The position numbers and the translations under genes are program-made. From contig NC_091480.1 of NCBI RefSeq assembly GCF_036971445.1, positions 89,094,001-89,158,000 of the forward strand: a stretch of 64,000 nucleotides of DNA, given 5' to 3'. The DNA is from Narcine bancroftii (lineage: Eukaryota). The notes under the pieces were generated by a model. It searched no databases. It was not told where the DNA came from and was given only the letters and a program-made list of their open reading frames with translations. Shown piece by piece: positions 26,978 to 38,817 of this stretch (its first letter is position 1; the number at the start of each line of letters is the position of its first letter).

Positions 26978-28528
26978 GTAAGGGTAGTGTGCAAATACGC
27001 ATGGGAGGTAAGGGTAGTGTGCAAATACGCATGGGAGGTAAGGGTAGTGTGCAAATACGCATGGGAGGTAAGGGTAGTGTGCAAACACGCATGGGAGGTA
27101 AGGGTAGTGTGCAAACACGCATGGGAGGTAAGGGTAGTGTGCAAACACGCATGGGAGGTAAGGGTAGTGTGCAAACACGCATGGGAGGTAAGGGTAGTGT
27201 GCAAACACGCATGGGAGGTAAGGGTAGTGTGCAAACACGCATGGGAGGTAAGGGTAGTGTGCAAACACGCATGGGAGGTAAGGGTAGTGTGCAAACACGC
27301 ATGGGAGGTAAGGGTAGTGTGCAAACACGCATGGGAGGTAAGGGTAGTGTGCAAACACGCATGGGAGGTAAGGGTAGTGTGCAAACACGCATGGGAGGTA
27401 AGGGTAGTGTGCAAACACGCATGGGAGGTAAGGGTAGTGTGCAAACACGCATGGGAGGTAAGGGTAGTGTGCAAACACGCATGGGAGGTAAGGGTAGTGT
27501 GCAAACACGCATGGGAGGTAAGGGTAGTGTGCAAACACGCATGGGAGGTAAGGGTAGTGTGCAAACACGCATGGGAGGTAAGGGTAGTGTGCAAACACGC
27601 ATGGGAGGTAAGGGTAGTGTGCAAACACGCATGGGAGGTAAGGGTAGTGTGCAAACACGCATGGGAGGTAAGGGTAGTGTGCAAACACGCATGGGAGGTA
27701 AGGGTAGTGTGCAAACACGCATGGGAGGTAAGGGTAGTGTGCAAACACGCATGGGAGGTAAGGGTAGTGTGCAAACACGCATGGGAGGTAAGGGTAGTGT
27801 GCAAACACGCATGGGAGGTAAGGGTAGTGTGCAAACACGCATGGGAGGTAAGGGTAGTGTGCAAACACGCATGGGAGGTAAGGGTAGTGTGCAAACACGC
27901 ATGGGAGGTAAGGGTAGTGTGCAAACACGCATGGGAGGTAAGGGTAGTGTGCAAATACGCATGGGAGGTAAGGGTAGTGTGCAAATACGCATGGGAGGTA
28001 AGGGTAGTGTGCAAATACGCATGGGAGGTAAGGGTAGTGTGCAAATACGCATGGGAGGTAAGGGTAGTGTGCAAATACGCATGGGAGGTAAGGGTAGTGT
28101 GCAAATACGCATGGGAGGTAAGGGTAGTGTGCAAATACGCATGGGAGGTAAGGGTAGTGTGCAAATACGCATGGGAGGTAAGGGTAGTGTGCAAATACGC
28201 ATGGGAGGTAAGGGTAGTGTGCAAATACGCATGGGAGGTAAGGGTAGTGTGCAAATACGCATGGGAGGTAAGGGTAGTGTGCAAATACGCATGGGAGGTA
28301 AGGGTAGTGTGCAAATACGCATGGGAGGTAAGGGTAGTGTGCAAATACGCATGGGAGGTAAGGGTAGTGTGCAAATACGCATGGGAGGTAAGGGTAGTGT
28401 GCAAATACGCATGGGAGGTAAGGGTAGTGTGCAAATACGCATGGGAGGTAAGGGTAGTGTGCAAATACGCATGGGAGGTAAGGGTAGTGTGCAAATACGC
28501 ATGGGAGGTAAGGGTAGTGTGCAAATAC
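26978..28528. repeat. 30-bp minisatellite (gtaagggtagtgtgcaaa[t/c]acgcatgggag) x~52
   Basis: Perfect tandem units with a single T/C variant arranged in blocks of 3T-29C-20T. Confidence 0.99.
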
Positions 28529-28549
28529 ACATATATAGCATCGTTATAT

Positions 28550-28606
28550 ATGACGTGGACTTTTTACCCCCTCCATAAATCTTCGTCCGCGAAGCCAAGC
28601 CAAAGA
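28550..28606 (+). mobile_element. RTE LINE extreme 3' tail
   Basis: Matches the 3' UTR of the RTE copies (gacgtggactttttaccccctccataaatcttcgtccgcgaagccaagccaaaga). Confidence 0.9.
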
Positions 28607-29395
28607 TTTCAGGATGTACAAGAATTATTTCAACAATGGTTAATTTTTAGTTGTCTTTTTTTTACATAGTGCTTTACAAAATTTCGTTGCAACTAATGAA
28701 GAAAATGTTGCAGATAAGATTATTCCTATGGGCAATGTAAAGTACTCCTAGAAGTATTTATGGAGCAGGATTTATTTGACTTTGCTGGAAAGTGTTGGTA
28801 GTTTAGTAGAACATAAAATTGATGTGGTTGCCAGAGAGTGGCAAATACTTCATTCCAAGCATTTAAAGGCTACGTAACTAAACATACAGACAAATAGGCA
28901 AAAATACACGCATGTATACACAGATTTACAGACACAACCCTATGCCTGTCCTTTGACAATTATTCACAGTTCATCCCATTAAATAATATTTCAACAGGTA
29001 CAGAGGCTTTTAAAAATTTCTTTAACCAGAACAACTAAATATATTAGAACAAGGTTTTTAATTCCCAAATGCTCCCTTCTGGAAATAGCTGGGAATAATT
29101 TAATTTCAATGTGCATTCATTGAAAAAAAAATTGAGATCCTATGACAGAAGGATTGAATCAATTATCTACTCTGTAGGTTTGTATTAATTCAAATTGCAT
29201 ACCTCTGAACCCCCCCCCCCCCCAAGGATCAGGTTACGTGTGAATAGAGAAGTAATTAGACCGGCATCGTTGGGTGAATTGGATCCAGGAATCAAAATTT
29301 TCAGCTTCTCAACATTTGAAGTTGAACTTTGCATTCCTTCATGTTCTGACCATTTTCTTAGTGCTTTGTAATAACAAAATCTGATCTGAACTTAC

Positions 29396-29415
29396 CTTCA
29401 CAAACCAGGGGTATT
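29396..29415 (-). other. Candidate 20-nt microexon (AATACCCCTGGTTTGTGAAG)
   Basis: Strong donor AAG|gtaagt; weaker acceptor, with an alternative acceptor giving 64 nt. Confidence 0.3.
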
Positions 29416-29950
29416 CTTTTAGATTTCAAAACAACAAAACCCAAGCAGACATAAACATGCTGAAATCAATTTGAAATATTTCTCTCTTCCCCACCCCCTC
29501 TCTTTCTTACACACAAACAGACTGCACGGGAATTGTAATGTTACTTTTGTAATGGGCTTGTAATGTTACATTTATAATGTCACATTTATAACATTTGTAT
29601 TGTCACATTACAATGTAATTTTATATTTGTTATAGGCTTGCATAGCGCATAGAAAAAGGAAATGTCTCTGGGAATTGTTTTCCAGCATTTATTTCTTCCC
29701 TGTAGAAAGCAAAATTACACAACCATTGCCTTCTGGTTTTTCATCCTTTTTTGCCCCTTTGCAAGTTATCAAGCAGTATGTTAATTATTTTCCTCAACTA
29801 TAGTTAGACATTTTATTTTAACATTTCAATATGTACTCAACTCAGTGTACACAGTAATAGCCAAGAGTTTTTAAGTTATGCCAGGAAAACATTTCACACT
29901 TTAAAGTCTTTTCAAACTATATAAAAAGGCAATATATAGAAAGTGAAAAA

Positions 29951-29969
29951 CAGTGACATCTGGTGGGCA
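29951..29969 (-). promoter_or_regulatory. CTCF-like motif (CCACCAGATGTCACTG)
   Basis: Resembles the vertebrate CTCF core consensus; in unique sequence. Confidence 0.35.
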
Positions 29970-30034
29970 TGTAAAAAACTGCATAGAGAAACTAACTGGC
30001 CAAAAATCATACATTTAATGAGGAAAATTTGTAC

Positions 30035-30066
30035 CTGATTTTTCATCCTTTTCTGCCCCTTTGCTC
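30035..30066 (-). other. Candidate 32-nt exon (GAKGQKRMKNQ or SKGAEKDEKS)
   Basis: ttatttttgtatgcttag|GAGCAAAGGGG...AATCAG|gtacaa; purine-rich body. Confidence 0.4.
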
Positions 30067-30319
30067 CTAAGCATACAAAAATAACAAATTTACACTGTGA
30101 AATCTCAACAATGCTACACAGTTCATATAATCAACCCATGGTAATAACACCTGAACACAAGTTAGATAAAAAAACATTAATGGTTAAAATAATACAAAAC
30201 CAACTATAAAACATAATAATATTAGCAATGAACAATATAAATTAAGACTGATAACATAAACAATTCATTTTCAAAAAATACATTAAAATAGCCCAGCAGT
30301 CATCTTCTCTCACACTTAC

Positions 30320-30332
30320 CCTTAGCAGGTAA
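30320..30332 (-). other. Candidate 13-nt microexon (TTACCTGCTAAGG)
   Basis: Long pyrimidine tract plus tgctgctag acceptor; donor AGG|gtaagt. Confidence 0.4.
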
Positions 30333-30721
30333 CTAGCAGCATGAGGAACAGGAAGGGAGGGAATTAAAAGGTGCACAAGGGGTGTGCACCACCAAACTCA
30401 TTCCCACCAGAAACATTATTAAAATAACATTAAATACAAATAACAATGAGATAAAATTCACAAATACAGAATTGAGAACAAAATTTATTTTAAAATGTAT
30501 TTTAACTCTGTTACACATTCCAATAATATTGTTTTTCAATATGTGCAGTAAATAATGCAGAAATTATTATTATATTTAATAATATTATTTCACCATGGGA
30601 AATGATCTCTTGTAATATCTTTTCATACAAGGCATGCTGGATTGTCCAAATTGATCTATTAACTCATATTCTGATTCTGAGTGTATTGTAATTTAGTCTC
30701 AGTGATTTATTTTTCTCATAC

Positions 30722-30727
30722 CTGTTT
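30722..30727 (-). other. Candidate 6-nt microexon AAACAG (17 nt with the upstream acceptor)
   Basis: actgcagcttttttgcag|AAACAG|gtatga. Confidence 0.3.
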
Positions 30728-31089
30728 CTGCAAAAAAGCTGCAGTAACACAGATTTGGTCTGCATCAAGAGTTGATATAAATCTGGTTCCAATACCTAAT
30801 TCTGATATAGTAAAAATGAGTTAAACAATAAATACTGCAAACATTGTGATTGTAGTTTAATACACAAAAGTACTGGAGAAACTTAACAGGTCACACAGCC
30901 TTTCTTATGGCCAAGATACTTAACCAAACTTTCAGGCCTGAGCACTTTATCAAAGTATGAGTGAAAAGCAGACAGGCACCTGAATTAAATGGTGGGGGAA
31001 GGGGCAGGGGGATGAGCACAGGTCCACAGGAAAGAGGTCATAGGTGGATATGGGTAGTGGGCAGAAGATGAAAAAGCTGGACTTATACA

Positions 31090-32695
31090 TTAGAGTTGGG
31101 GTGACGTGTTAGCATGGATAGTGGATTGGTTAACCAATAGAAAGTGGAGAGTTGGGATACAGGTGTGTTTTTCTGGTTGGCTATCAGTGGTGAATGAGGT
31201 GTCGCAAGGGTCAATGCTGGGCCTGCAAATGTTCATGATATATAGAAATAATCAGGAAGACGGGACAGAGGGTAGTGTATGATACTAAATTGAGTAGAAA
31301 AGCAAATTGTGCAGAGAATATGGAGAGTGCAGAAAGATATAGATAGGTAGGGTCTGGCAGATGGAGTACAATATTGGTAAATGTTTGGAAGGAAAAATGG
31401 AAGATCAGATTATTATTTAAATGGCAAGTGTTTGTTGCATGCTGCCGTGCAGAAGGTCTTGGAGTGCTTGTTCATGAATTGCAAATGTTGGTTTGCAGGT
31501 GCAGCAGGCCATCAAGAAGCCACCCCCCCACCCCCCCCCCCTCATCCATTTTAGGTATACAATCTAGGTTGCATTAAGCCAGTCAGACAATGTTGTCATT
31601 CAACAAAAATACACCAGAAATTCTACTGAGTCCATTCTTTTCTTTCCTTCTCCTTCCATCAACTTAGGTAATGTTTGTTCCCGGTAGGTTTTCGCTATTG
31701 TATTTAATGTAAGGCTCCCATACTTGTTCGAATATTTCAATATTATTTCTTAAACTATATGTTATTTTTTCTAATGGAATACATTTATTCATTTCTATAT
31801 ACCATTGTTGTATTTTCAAATTATCTTCCAATTTCCAGGTTGACATAATACATTTTTTTGCTACGGCTAGGGCTATCTTAACAAATCTTTTTTGTGCATC
31901 CTCCAAATCAATTCCAAATTCTTTGTTTTTTGTGTTGGAGGGAGGGGGGGGGGAGAAAAAGTCACTGTATATGTGTGAAAAAGTGTATATCATGGCTAAT
32001 GTGATTTATGGTGTGAAAAATAAAAAATTAAAAAATAAAAAAAAAACTTGAAAAAAAAAGAAGCTAAATGGAATGTTTGCCTTCATTGCTAGAGAGATTG
32101 AATTTAGGATCAGGGAGGTTATGCTGCAACTGTACAAGGTACTGGTGAGGTTGCATATGGAGTACTGTGTGCAGTTCAGGTCTCCTTACTTGAGGAAGGA
32201 TGTACTGGCTTTGGAGAGAGTCCAGAGGAGGTTCACCAGGTTGATTCTAGAGATGAGGGGATTAGCCTATGAGGAGAGATTGAATTGTCTGGGACTGTAC
32301 TTGCTGGAATTTAGAATGAGATGAGATCTTAAATAAACATTTGAAATTATGAAAGGTGCAGATAAGATAGAGTTAGGTGAGTTATTACCATTGGTGGGGG
32401 AGACTAGAACAAGGGGACATGGTCTCAAGATCTAGGTTGGTCAATTTAGAATGGAGGGTGGTAAATCTGTGGAATTCGCTGCCCAGTGAAGCAGTGGAGG
32501 CCACCTGAGCCAATATATTTAGGACAAGGGTGGGTAATTTTTTACATAGTAGGGTAATTAAAGGATATGGGAGAAAATGCAGGGAAGTGGAGATGAGTCT
32601 ATTATCAGATCAGCCATGATCTCATTGAATGTGGAGCAGGCTAGACGGGCCGGATGGCCGACTCCTGCTCCTATTTCTTAAATTCTTATACGTTA
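31090..32695 (+). mobile_element. CR1 LINE 3' half (RT C-terminus plus 3' UTR), interrupted by an L1
   Basis: ORF 32073-32324 MLQLYKVLVRLHMEYCVQFRSPYLRKDVLALERVQRRFTRLI is typical of the CR1 ORF2 end; upstream gtgtcgcaagggtcaatgctggg encodes a GVPQGSVLG-like motif. Confidence 0.85.
31521..32058 (+). mobile_element. 5'-truncated, 5'-inverted L1 insertion
   Basis: L1 ORF2 C-terminus (AKKCIMSTWK..QQWYIEM..LEKITY) on minus at 31664-31930; 3' UTR and polyA on plus at ~31935-32058; TSD aagaagc. Confidence 0.8.
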
Positions 32696-35374
32696 TGTGT
32701 CAAAAAAATTCCACAATATTGCCGGTTTTCAGAAGATAGGGAATATCAATCAGTGATCAAATTTATTTATGATTAAAGAAAGATTTTCAGAAAACAATTA
32801 AAACACTTCCAACTGGAAGGCATATGAGGGTTGTTAAAGAACTTCTGCACTACTGCAGGTGGAGGTGTAGAAATTGAGGAGAGAGGGGATAATAGGGGAG
32901 AAGTGGAAATCAGGTTAAGTGATGAGGCCCCTCACATAGGTGAAGCCCATTAAACCCCAATGCATGATCACATGACTGCTGGAGTGATAATTGTGACCAC
33001 AGAGGGAAGCCTTTGATACAATCAATGCTGCCTGGCTGCAAGAGTGCAATAAATGTAATTCCATGCAAGGGAGTTAATGAAAGTAGAATCCACACCCCAG
33101 TATGGATGTCACATTGCACAGAGACTTCCAACCTTTCTCTGTGACGTGGTTACTTTGAGTGAAAATTTAAGATTATAAATCATGACCCTTTGATATAATC
33201 ACATTTGGTAAGTCTGAAATATTTGCCGAACATGTTGCTGATGTTGTCACGTGATCAGAACACAGTGAGGATATCATGTATGCACCAGGATGAATTCTAA
33301 CACCAAGCATTGATCCTGTGGATGAGCCTTCTTCTGCAAACCAGATTTTTCTCCCAGGTGAACAGCCTAGCATTGGAGCCTCAATTCACTACATGGGAAG
33401 AGATCATGAGAAGAGGTCATGTTGTGGACAGATGAACACACAAACCTGGAGCACAAGGAAGTCACCTTCAAGCCAGAAGAACTACCTAACATGATAAGCT
33501 AAGTTGTGCTCCAAGTACTGTCAGGATTCACCCAAATGCAGGTGCCAAGGGCCTAGGGGAATCATGAGGGAAAGTGCCTGGTCCAATGTCCCACCATTCC
33601 ATCAGAAAAGGATGCAAACACTTCAAAGCAATCTGTAACTCAATGAGGCACAATCCTCCAAGCTGAGGAACCACATGTTAAGTGAATGGGCTGCCTATCT
33701 CATTTTGAAAGGTAAATGTGAGTAAGTAATTTAGTTTGTTTTATATTTTGGGAAACTTGTTTTGTTAATTTTTAAATGTATTTATTTATCAAGCTATTTA
33801 TTAATGTCTTTACTGATGAGAACACTTAAAATCATCTGAAAGGCCCCTGATGAAAATGGGTTCATATATGGTGGCACAGTTGGTGTAGCAGTTAGGACAA
33901 CATCTTTACAACACCAGTGATCAGGACCAGACCTGGGTTAGAATCCTACACTGTCTGTAAGGAGTTTGTACGCTCTCCCTGTGTCTGCGTTTCCTCCCAC
34001 CCTTCAAAAATATAGATTAATGGGGTGTAAAATGAGCGGCACGGACTTGTATTGACCTGTTACTGTCTAATTTTTTTTTAAATTAAAAGATGGTCAGGCA
34101 GGTCCATATGGAGCCTGATGATCTCCTACCAGATCCTGTTTTCCACTTGTCCTATGGGATAGCCATGGCAATGAGACATCCAGAGTAATTTGACAGAAGG
34201 GAACAAAGAGTAAGTATTATTGAATATACAGGGTATGAGTCTGTGAAGCAGGCTGGATTAAGTGCAATCTGTACAATGTATTCTGATTAAACGAGGTACA
34301 TATTGTTGTGCAGTTGAGATAATTGTGGGCTATTTGTTGTGGGAACATTGACGGCAAAACTTGCTCATTTGTTTGCCTTTATTATTATGCCTTCACTGGG
34401 ATTTCTGAAATGTAACGTGAAATTCGAAAGTCGCTTTTGGTAATTCTGATTGACCAGAGAGTGTACTTTAATTTCCCCTGTCAAAAAAACTCATATTCAA
34501 AGGACGGGGATGACTTTCTATTTGAGTTTTAAACGGCTTGCAGATTGTGCTTCAGTCTTAGAAATTATTTAATTTTTCATTGGAAAATTAATTCCTCCAT
34601 GAAAAATCATTTATTGCATTGTTTTTGTGGAGGAGTTGGGGCCAAGGGTAAATCTTTCATTATCGTAGTAAATGACTTGATGGCCTGATTGGTCTCTTCC
34701 TGCCCCTATTTCCTTATGATTGCAATACAACTGGTTATGTATATCTGATGCAGGAAGGTTCAGTAGGTTCTCAGATGACGCTGTGGTTATTAGCCTGAGG
34801 ATGGGAATTCTACGTCAGAGCAGCTATTGTGAGATCAGGAAATGGAGGAGAATGGGTTTCCCGGATGTCCTCCAAAATTCGATGGTGGTACAATTCCTTT
34901 GTCGGATTCCTGACGGCTTCACAGGCTGGTGGCTTTTTGGAGTGGAAGCCATTGTTAGAGCACAAAATTTCACCGCAGAAGCAGGGAGAGAACGCGGGGG
35001 GGGGGGGGGGGCAGTAGAAGGGCAGCTGATGGAAGAGACAATGAGAGGAGGGTGGCTAAATCATATGGTGGGGAGAGATATACAAAGGTGGCGGATGGAT
35101 GGTGAGTGCCCTGATCAAAGATGGAATAGTGTTTAAGAGTGGTCTGGTGTTGAGAAAGCAACATTGCATAGAAGATTTATTAGAGCAGAGTGTATTTATT
35201 GACAACACTATTAGAGCCAATAAGATTGAAGTGGGTACTGTATATTGTCCAATTGAAAACATGCAGCAAGGGCTTTAAAAAGGGAATTGGGCAGTACTCT
35301 GGAGAAAGACCAGGAGGATTGGGCTGGTGAAATTGGATGGACCAAATTACACCTTCTGTGCTGTTACAATAAGA

Positions 35375-35870
35375 ATTAGAATCAGAATTTATTGTCATGA
35401 ACACGACACAAAATTCATTGCTTTGCAGTAGCCTCACAGGTATAAATATTTCTATAACTTACATTTAAAAATAAATGAATTAGTGCAAATGAAGAAAAAG
35501 TGAGGTTAGGTCTATAATTCATTGTCTATTCAGAAATATAATCGCTGAGGGGTAGAAGCTGTGTTTGTGCCTCTGGGTGTTCATCTTCAAGCTACTGTAC
35601 CTACTTCCTGATGTTAGCATTGTGACCTGGGTGGTGAGGGTCCTTGAGGATAGATGCTATTTTCTTGACGCCACCTCTTGTAGATGTCCTCGATAGAGTG
35701 AACACTTTTCCTGTCCCGTGCATTGGCACCTCCATACCAGACAGTGAAACATGTGGTCGGAATGCTCTCCACGGTACACCTGTTTAAATTTGCAAGAGTG
35801 ACATGCCAAATCTCCTCGAACTCCTCATGAAGTATAGCCATTGACAAGCCCTCTTCATTATTTGCATATG
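35375..35870 (-). mobile_element. Rex1-type LINE 3' fragment; others at ~21690-22130, 42000-43160, 46610-47095, 49090-50320, 52020-52660 and 56300-56640(+)
   Basis: tcagaatttattgtcatg head; translation NLNRCTVESIPTTCFTVWYG matches Rex1 FYRCTVESILTGCITVWYG. Confidence 0.75.
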
Positions 35871-35951
35871 TTACATTGTTAACACTTTAAGTAAGAAAAT
35901 GTAACCGTTGAAAAGAATTTAAGATACAAGCTTGTGTGCACTAAAAGTGTG

Positions 35952-36311
35952 CGTACTGACAATAACCACACCAGCAGTGCGAGTATAAGACAGCTTTAAT
36001 AAACTAACATGTACACGAAGAGGTCTTGTCTCTCTGCAAGACAAACCTGGAAGGCTAGACTAGCTCTGGACTGCTTTATAGACAAGGTCACCGGGATGAC
36101 CCCTGGTGGCCCAATGGTGCAATTATGTACGGACAATAACCACACCAGCAGTGCGAGTATAAGACAGCTTTAATAAACTAACATGTACACGAAGAGGTCT
36201 TGTCTCTGCAAAACGAACCTCGAAGGCTAGACTGTAGTTCTGGACTGCTTTATAGACAAGGTCACCGGGATGACTCCTGGTGACCTCGTGGTGTAATTAC
36301 ATATCACCACA
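35952..36311 (-). mobile_element. Two-unit copy of the tandem solo-LTR element at 2509-3038
   Basis: Near-identical reverse complement; perfect TSD gtgtg (35947-35951, 36312-36316). Confidence 0.8.
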
Positions 36312-38269
36312 GTGTGTATTTGCATATAAATGAAAATATTAATGTGCTCACTCAAGTAAAAGTATTTCTTAAGGTCACTACTGGCAGAACATTCATTCAT
36401 CTAAATTTCACTTAGATTCAAACAACTGTTATTGAATCTAAGTGAAATTTCAAGCATGGGGGTGTGTTGTCCATAGTCTTTAGTTAATAATCCCTTTAGA
36501 TTGCAGGTCCAGATTCATCCAATATCACAAAGAAAAAAATAACATTCAACTGTTTTCAAAATAAATCATATTCATCGAGATAAGCCAGAAAGTCTGCAGA
36601 CACTGTTCGTGGCAGGTTGATTTTAACACAAGCATTTTGACCATCTTCAGTGTCAACATTTTAATTGCTAACGACTGAAAGCATTCTGGTACTCCTCACC
36701 CCTGTACTTGAATTTGTCAAAAGACAACTAAGAGCAAGTTCCATCCCTCGGCAGCAGAAGAAAAGGAATTGATCAAACTGCAACAAAATAAAAGCTGAGC
36801 CAAAATGTTAATGTAATCAGAATAAACCTGACGGTAATGGTTGAGTAAAGGAAGCCTTCTCTGAATTGTATTAGGAATCAGGGAAATATCTAGCTTATGT
36901 GATACCAAACCTTGGGCATTAACAGCAGATGGAAACATTTCCTTATCCTGTAACATTACTATCTAAATCAATCATCATCCATTTTCAATCATCTTCCAGA
37001 AAGAGAAATTTCAGGATTAAGCAATCTCTTGATAGTAAGATTGAATCGACAAGGTGCTACTGAAGCACTACTATCCCAATTAAGTTTTGTTTTTACAAAG
37101 ATACACTGAATAACATATACCATCTTATCTGCCACTCATCTCTTGGTGTAAATGTGAATCTCTGTTCATTCGAAATGGAATTCCCAGCTTAGAAATAGTT
37201 TAATTAAATCCAGTAAATAAAAGTTGTTCTTCTTTACTTAAATTTTTAAAATTTTAATCACAAGCCATCGGAGCAGTATTAGACCCATTGAGTCTGCTCA
37301 GCCATTCTAATCAAGAGCTGGTCCATCCTCCCACTCAGCCCCACTCCCTGGCTTTCTCCCCATAATCCTTGATCCCCTGACTAAACAATTGCATGTCAAT
37401 CTCTGCCAAATACACCCAATGACCTCGCTTCAGTTCTACAGACTCATGGCCCTCTGGCTGAAGAAGCTTTTCCGCATCTCTGTTTTAAATTGGACCCCTT
37501 TTATCCTGAGGTTGTTCCTTCTGGTCCTTTACTCCCCAACCATGGGAAACGAATCTTTAAAAAGTATTTCGATATGTTTCAATGATCTTTAATTTCTTTA
37601 TGTTTTAAGTTTTGATTATTCAAATCAATCTCACTGGCTTTTCAAATACCTCTGTATTTCATGGTCAATCTTGTCAGCTGAGGATTCTACCCAATCATTG
37701 TCTCCTGACAAAGGCCATGAGGGCATTTCATTATGAAACCAGGTGGTCTCTCCCTGCTGCTGAGTCTTGGCCTTTAAGTCCAGCAGGTGAGCACGTTCAG
37801 CCTCAGCATCTAGCTAGGTAATTGTAGGCAGGCAAGACCTGAAGACTGTGAGTCTGGTAGCCCCTGCTCAATTCAGCCTGTAATGACAAGAAATTTATTG
37901 TCATATACAGTATACAGTCCTGTACGCTCAAAAATGGTTACTGATAGAGTTACAAAACTGAGCAAGTATATTGTAAATTTGTCAGCAATGAGACTAAAAA
38001 TCAGCAACATTGAGCAAATTATTTTCATCCATTTCTGTTCTTACTTCAGATCTCTATTGTGCTTTGGAAACAGGCTCTTTGATCCACCATTCCTATACTC
38101 ATCATATTTTATTCCCCCACTCTCTCTAGTTTCTACCACTCACCTCCACCATGAGGGGAATTTACAGAAACAACTCACATATCATTGGGAGGAAACCACA
38201 GCGGACAAAGACAATCCATGAAGTCACCAGAGGTCATGATGAACCTGGGTCTCTGGAGCTGTAAGGCAG

Positions 38270-38702
38270 TGTGATGGTACAGATCTATCACCAACGTACA
38301 TAGTGTATATAGTTACTGTATCTAGACTGTGCTTACAGCGATTGGCTGAGAGCTAAGCCACACCTATTGTCTGGGCCTTAAAGGGTTGTGTCCCTAGCCA
38401 GGTCGGATCATTCCGGACTGGTCGGCCACCTGTGAAGAGCTCCTGTCTTTTGCTAATAAAATTGTAGAGCTCGTCGAAAGAACCAAAGACTTGTTGATCC
38501 AAACCAAGGCTTTTATTAGCAAAAGACCGGAGCTCTTCACAGGTGGCCGACCAGTCCGGAATGATCCGACCTGGCTAGGGACACAACCCTTTAAGGCCCA
38601 GACAATAGGTGTGGCTTAGCTCTCAGCCAATCACTGTAAGCACAGTCTAGATACAGTAACTATATACATTATGTACATTGGTGATAGGTCTGTACTATCG
38701 CA
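38270..38702. mobile_element. Palindromic (tail-to-tail) double LTR inserted in a SINE
   Basis: 192-bp inverted arms at 38270-38461 and 38511-38702 with a 49-nt spacer; TG...CA ends; TSD ggcag/gtcag. Confidence 0.85.
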
Positions 38703-38817
38703 GTCAGCAATTCTACTAACTACAGGCCATTGCAAGGACACAAACAGCTTCAATTTTTACAGACGCGCGCAAGTTGATTTTGTCCAAAAAGTTGGAATGT
38801 ACACAAAAAATACTTAC

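Noticed and set aside
26978-28528. CRISPR-like array
   Set aside because: No unique spacers, no cas genes, and a eukaryotic context; the same applies to the 26-bp and ~180-bp tandem arrays.
26881-28669. Five ORFs of 334-569 aa with 10-aa repeats
   Set aside because: By-product of a 30-bp unit lacking stops in five frames; no unique coding flanks.
30035-30066. Assignment of the small exons to triadin or a collagen
   Set aside because: Exon lengths and phases do not fit, and no recognisable sequence match; the gene is left unnamed.
30860-31070. Penelope-like terminal fragments that might hold a hammerhead ribozyme (also ~8850-9000, 47160-47280, 53600-53720)
   Set aside because: The CUGANGA...GAAA core is mutated or missing in every copy I inspected.
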